Part shown: piece by piece, positions 62,660-64,000 of the stretch
Position numbering within the stretch: position 1 is the stretch's first letter
Layout of the letters: each line of letters opens with the position of its first letter
Source: an uncultured delta proteobacterium
GTDB taxonomy: Bacteria; Myxococcota; Myxococcia; Myxococcales; Myxococcaceae
DNA: 64,000 bases
Direction: 5' to 3'
Assembly (NCBI GenBank): GCA_963771175.1
Contig: CAVYSY010000032.1
Span: 96,001 to 160,000 of the forward strand
Notes under the pieces: generated by a model
The model's database searches: none
What the model was told of the DNA's origin: nothing
What the model saw: only the letters and a program-made list of their open reading frames with translations
Position numbers and translations under genes: made by a program

Positions 62660-63118
62660 ATGGCCTCCCGCTGGGACTACCTCTTCGAGACCAAGCCGGT
62701 GCCGCTCATCGACCACCTCATCGAGGAGGTGGCGAAGCTGCTGGCGAAGGATCTCGACCGCTGGCCGCCACCCGTCCAGGAGATTGACCTGGAAGTGGGT
62801 GGCCAGTTCGCGCCCCTCTTCACCGAGCCCCCGCCGCGCCCGTCCCGGGCCGTGTACGACGAGGCCTTCCGCCTCTCGCGCTGGGAGCTGGCCCGGGAGC
62901 TCGACGCCTACGACGACTACATGCGCAACAAGCGCTACCTGGCGCAGGGCCTGGCCCCCACGGATCGGCTGACCCTGCTCTTCCTCAACCGGTGGATCGT
63001 CGACCAGATGCTCGGACTGGGAGAGGCCACGGAAGGCCGCGTCAATCGCCGGCTCATGCAGCAATGTCTCGACCGCCTGGAAGCTCGCTTGCGGATGGTT
63101 CAGACGCCCTTTGCTTGA
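62660..63118 (+). CDS. Hypothetical protein
   Basis: 152 aa ORF with coding-like codon bias. Confidence 0.7.
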   Translation: MASRWDYLFETKPVPLIDHLIEEVAKLLAKDLDRWPPPVQEIDLEVGGQFAPLFTEPPPRPSRAVYDEAFRLSRWELARELDAYDDYMRNKRYLAQGLAPTDRLTLLFLNRWIVDQMLGLGEATEGRVNRRLMQQCLDRLEARLRMVQTPFA

Positions 63119-63150
63119 GGCCGGGCGGCCCCTCTGCGATAAGCCGCGCC

Positions 63151-64000
63151 ATGCTGCAGCCCCACGACCACGATGCCCCGGCGGAAAGCCGCAAGCGCCT
63201 CCTCATCCTGTTGGGGCTGTGGGCGACCATCGCCGTCATCCTGTTCGCCTTCCGCTCGGTGCTGCTGCCCTTCGCGAGCGCCGCGCTCATCGCCTACCTC
63301 GTCCACCCGCTGGTGACGCGCATCTCCCGGGTCCAGGTGCGCGGGCGGAACGTGCCCCGCTGGGTGGCCATCCTGGTCATCTACGCGCTCTTCTTCGTGG
63401 TGGCGTACCTCTTCTTCATCGCCATGGTGCCCCAGCTCTACCGCGAGCTGGCGCGCATCAGCCGCGACGGGGTCGCCTTCGTCAACTCGCTCACGCCCGA
63501 GCGCGTCCACGCGCTCGCCAACCAGCGCCGAGGAGTGGCTCCGGGCCAACGGCATCCCCGTGGCCATCACCACGCCCCAGGAGAGCCGCTCCGGAGCGCC
63601 CACCAACGGCGTCGCCCTGAACCTGGAGCAGCTCATCCAGGATGGCGCCGCGAGCCTGTCGGCCCTCACCCGCGAGCACCTGGGCGACATCGTCACCGTG
63701 TCGCGCAACATCGTCACGTCGGTGCTGGCCGGCGTGTTCATGCTGTTCTTCATGCTGATGGTCGCCGCGTTCTTCTCCATCGACGCGCAGGCCATCGTCG
63801 CGGCTACGTCACCAGCCTCATCCCGGCCGAGTACGCCGCCGACGCGCGGCTGCTGCTCGAGCGCATCGACCGCTCGCTGTCCGGGGTGGTGCGCGGCCAG
63901 GTGACCATCTGCCTGGTCAACGGCGCGCTCACCTTCGTGGGGCTGCTGCTGTTCGGGGTGAAGTTCGCCTTCCTGCTGGCCACCGTGGCCACGCTCTTCA
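63151..64000 (+). CDS. AI-2E family transporter (3' partial, frameshifted)
   Basis: LLPF..ALIAYLVHPLV, PRWVAIL, IDRSLSGVVRGQVTICL. Confidence 0.85.
   Translation, partial: MLQPHDHDAPAESRKRLLILLGLWATIAVILFAFRSVLLPFASAALIAYLVHPLVTRISRVQVRGRNVPRWVAILVIYALFFVVAYLFFIAMVPQLYRELARISRDGVAFVNSLTPERVHALANQRRGVAPGQRHPRGHHHAPGEPLRSAHQRRRPEPGAAHPGWRREPVGPHPRAPGRHRHRVAQHRHVGAGRRVHAVLHADGRRVLLHRRAGHRRGYVTSLIPAEYAADARLLLERIDRSLSGVVRGQVTICLVNGALTFVGLLLFGVKFAFLLATVATLF

Overview
High-GC myxobacterial chromosome segment (Cystobacterineae-like: carD/carG, DigR-type regulator, FHA and PilZ proteins). It holds the complete dcw cell-division cluster on the minus strand (mraZ, STAS, rsmH, ftsL, ftsI, murE, murF, mraY, murD, ftsW, murG, murC, murB, ddl, ftsQ, ftsA; 28.1-46.0 kb). 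ftsZ (9.3-10.6 kb) is separated from ftsA by a ~17.5 kb accessory conflict island (10.8-28.0 kb). The island carries several candidate toxin/immunity modules: two tandem lipoprotein PD-(D/E)XK nuclease + DUF3396/TsiV-like pairs, a papain-fold toxin pair and a JAB-motif lipoprotein pair. It also has orphan immunity genes with toxin stubs, a Uma2 nuclease, an IS66 remnant, a catalytically dead beta-lactamase-family protein, and an AT-richer Ser/Thr kinase with Zn ribbons and an SSB-like DDSIPF tail. The most striking unexplained structure is a ~20-27 bp motif (consensus CGTTCGAGTCCTTTGACACCTTCCCGG) found six times in the island. It brackets each nuclease-immunity pair as a direct repeat and sits at rearrangement junctions, suggesting a toxin-cassette integration site. 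The right part has acyl-CoA dehydrogenase, App1 phosphatase, carD-carG, an ArnT-like glycosyltransferase, a gamma-glutamylation catabolic cluster and an AI-2E transporter. Many genes, including essential ones, have indel frameshifts that are most likely assembly errors, so some gene ends are approximate. All family assignments come from motif recognition, not database searches.
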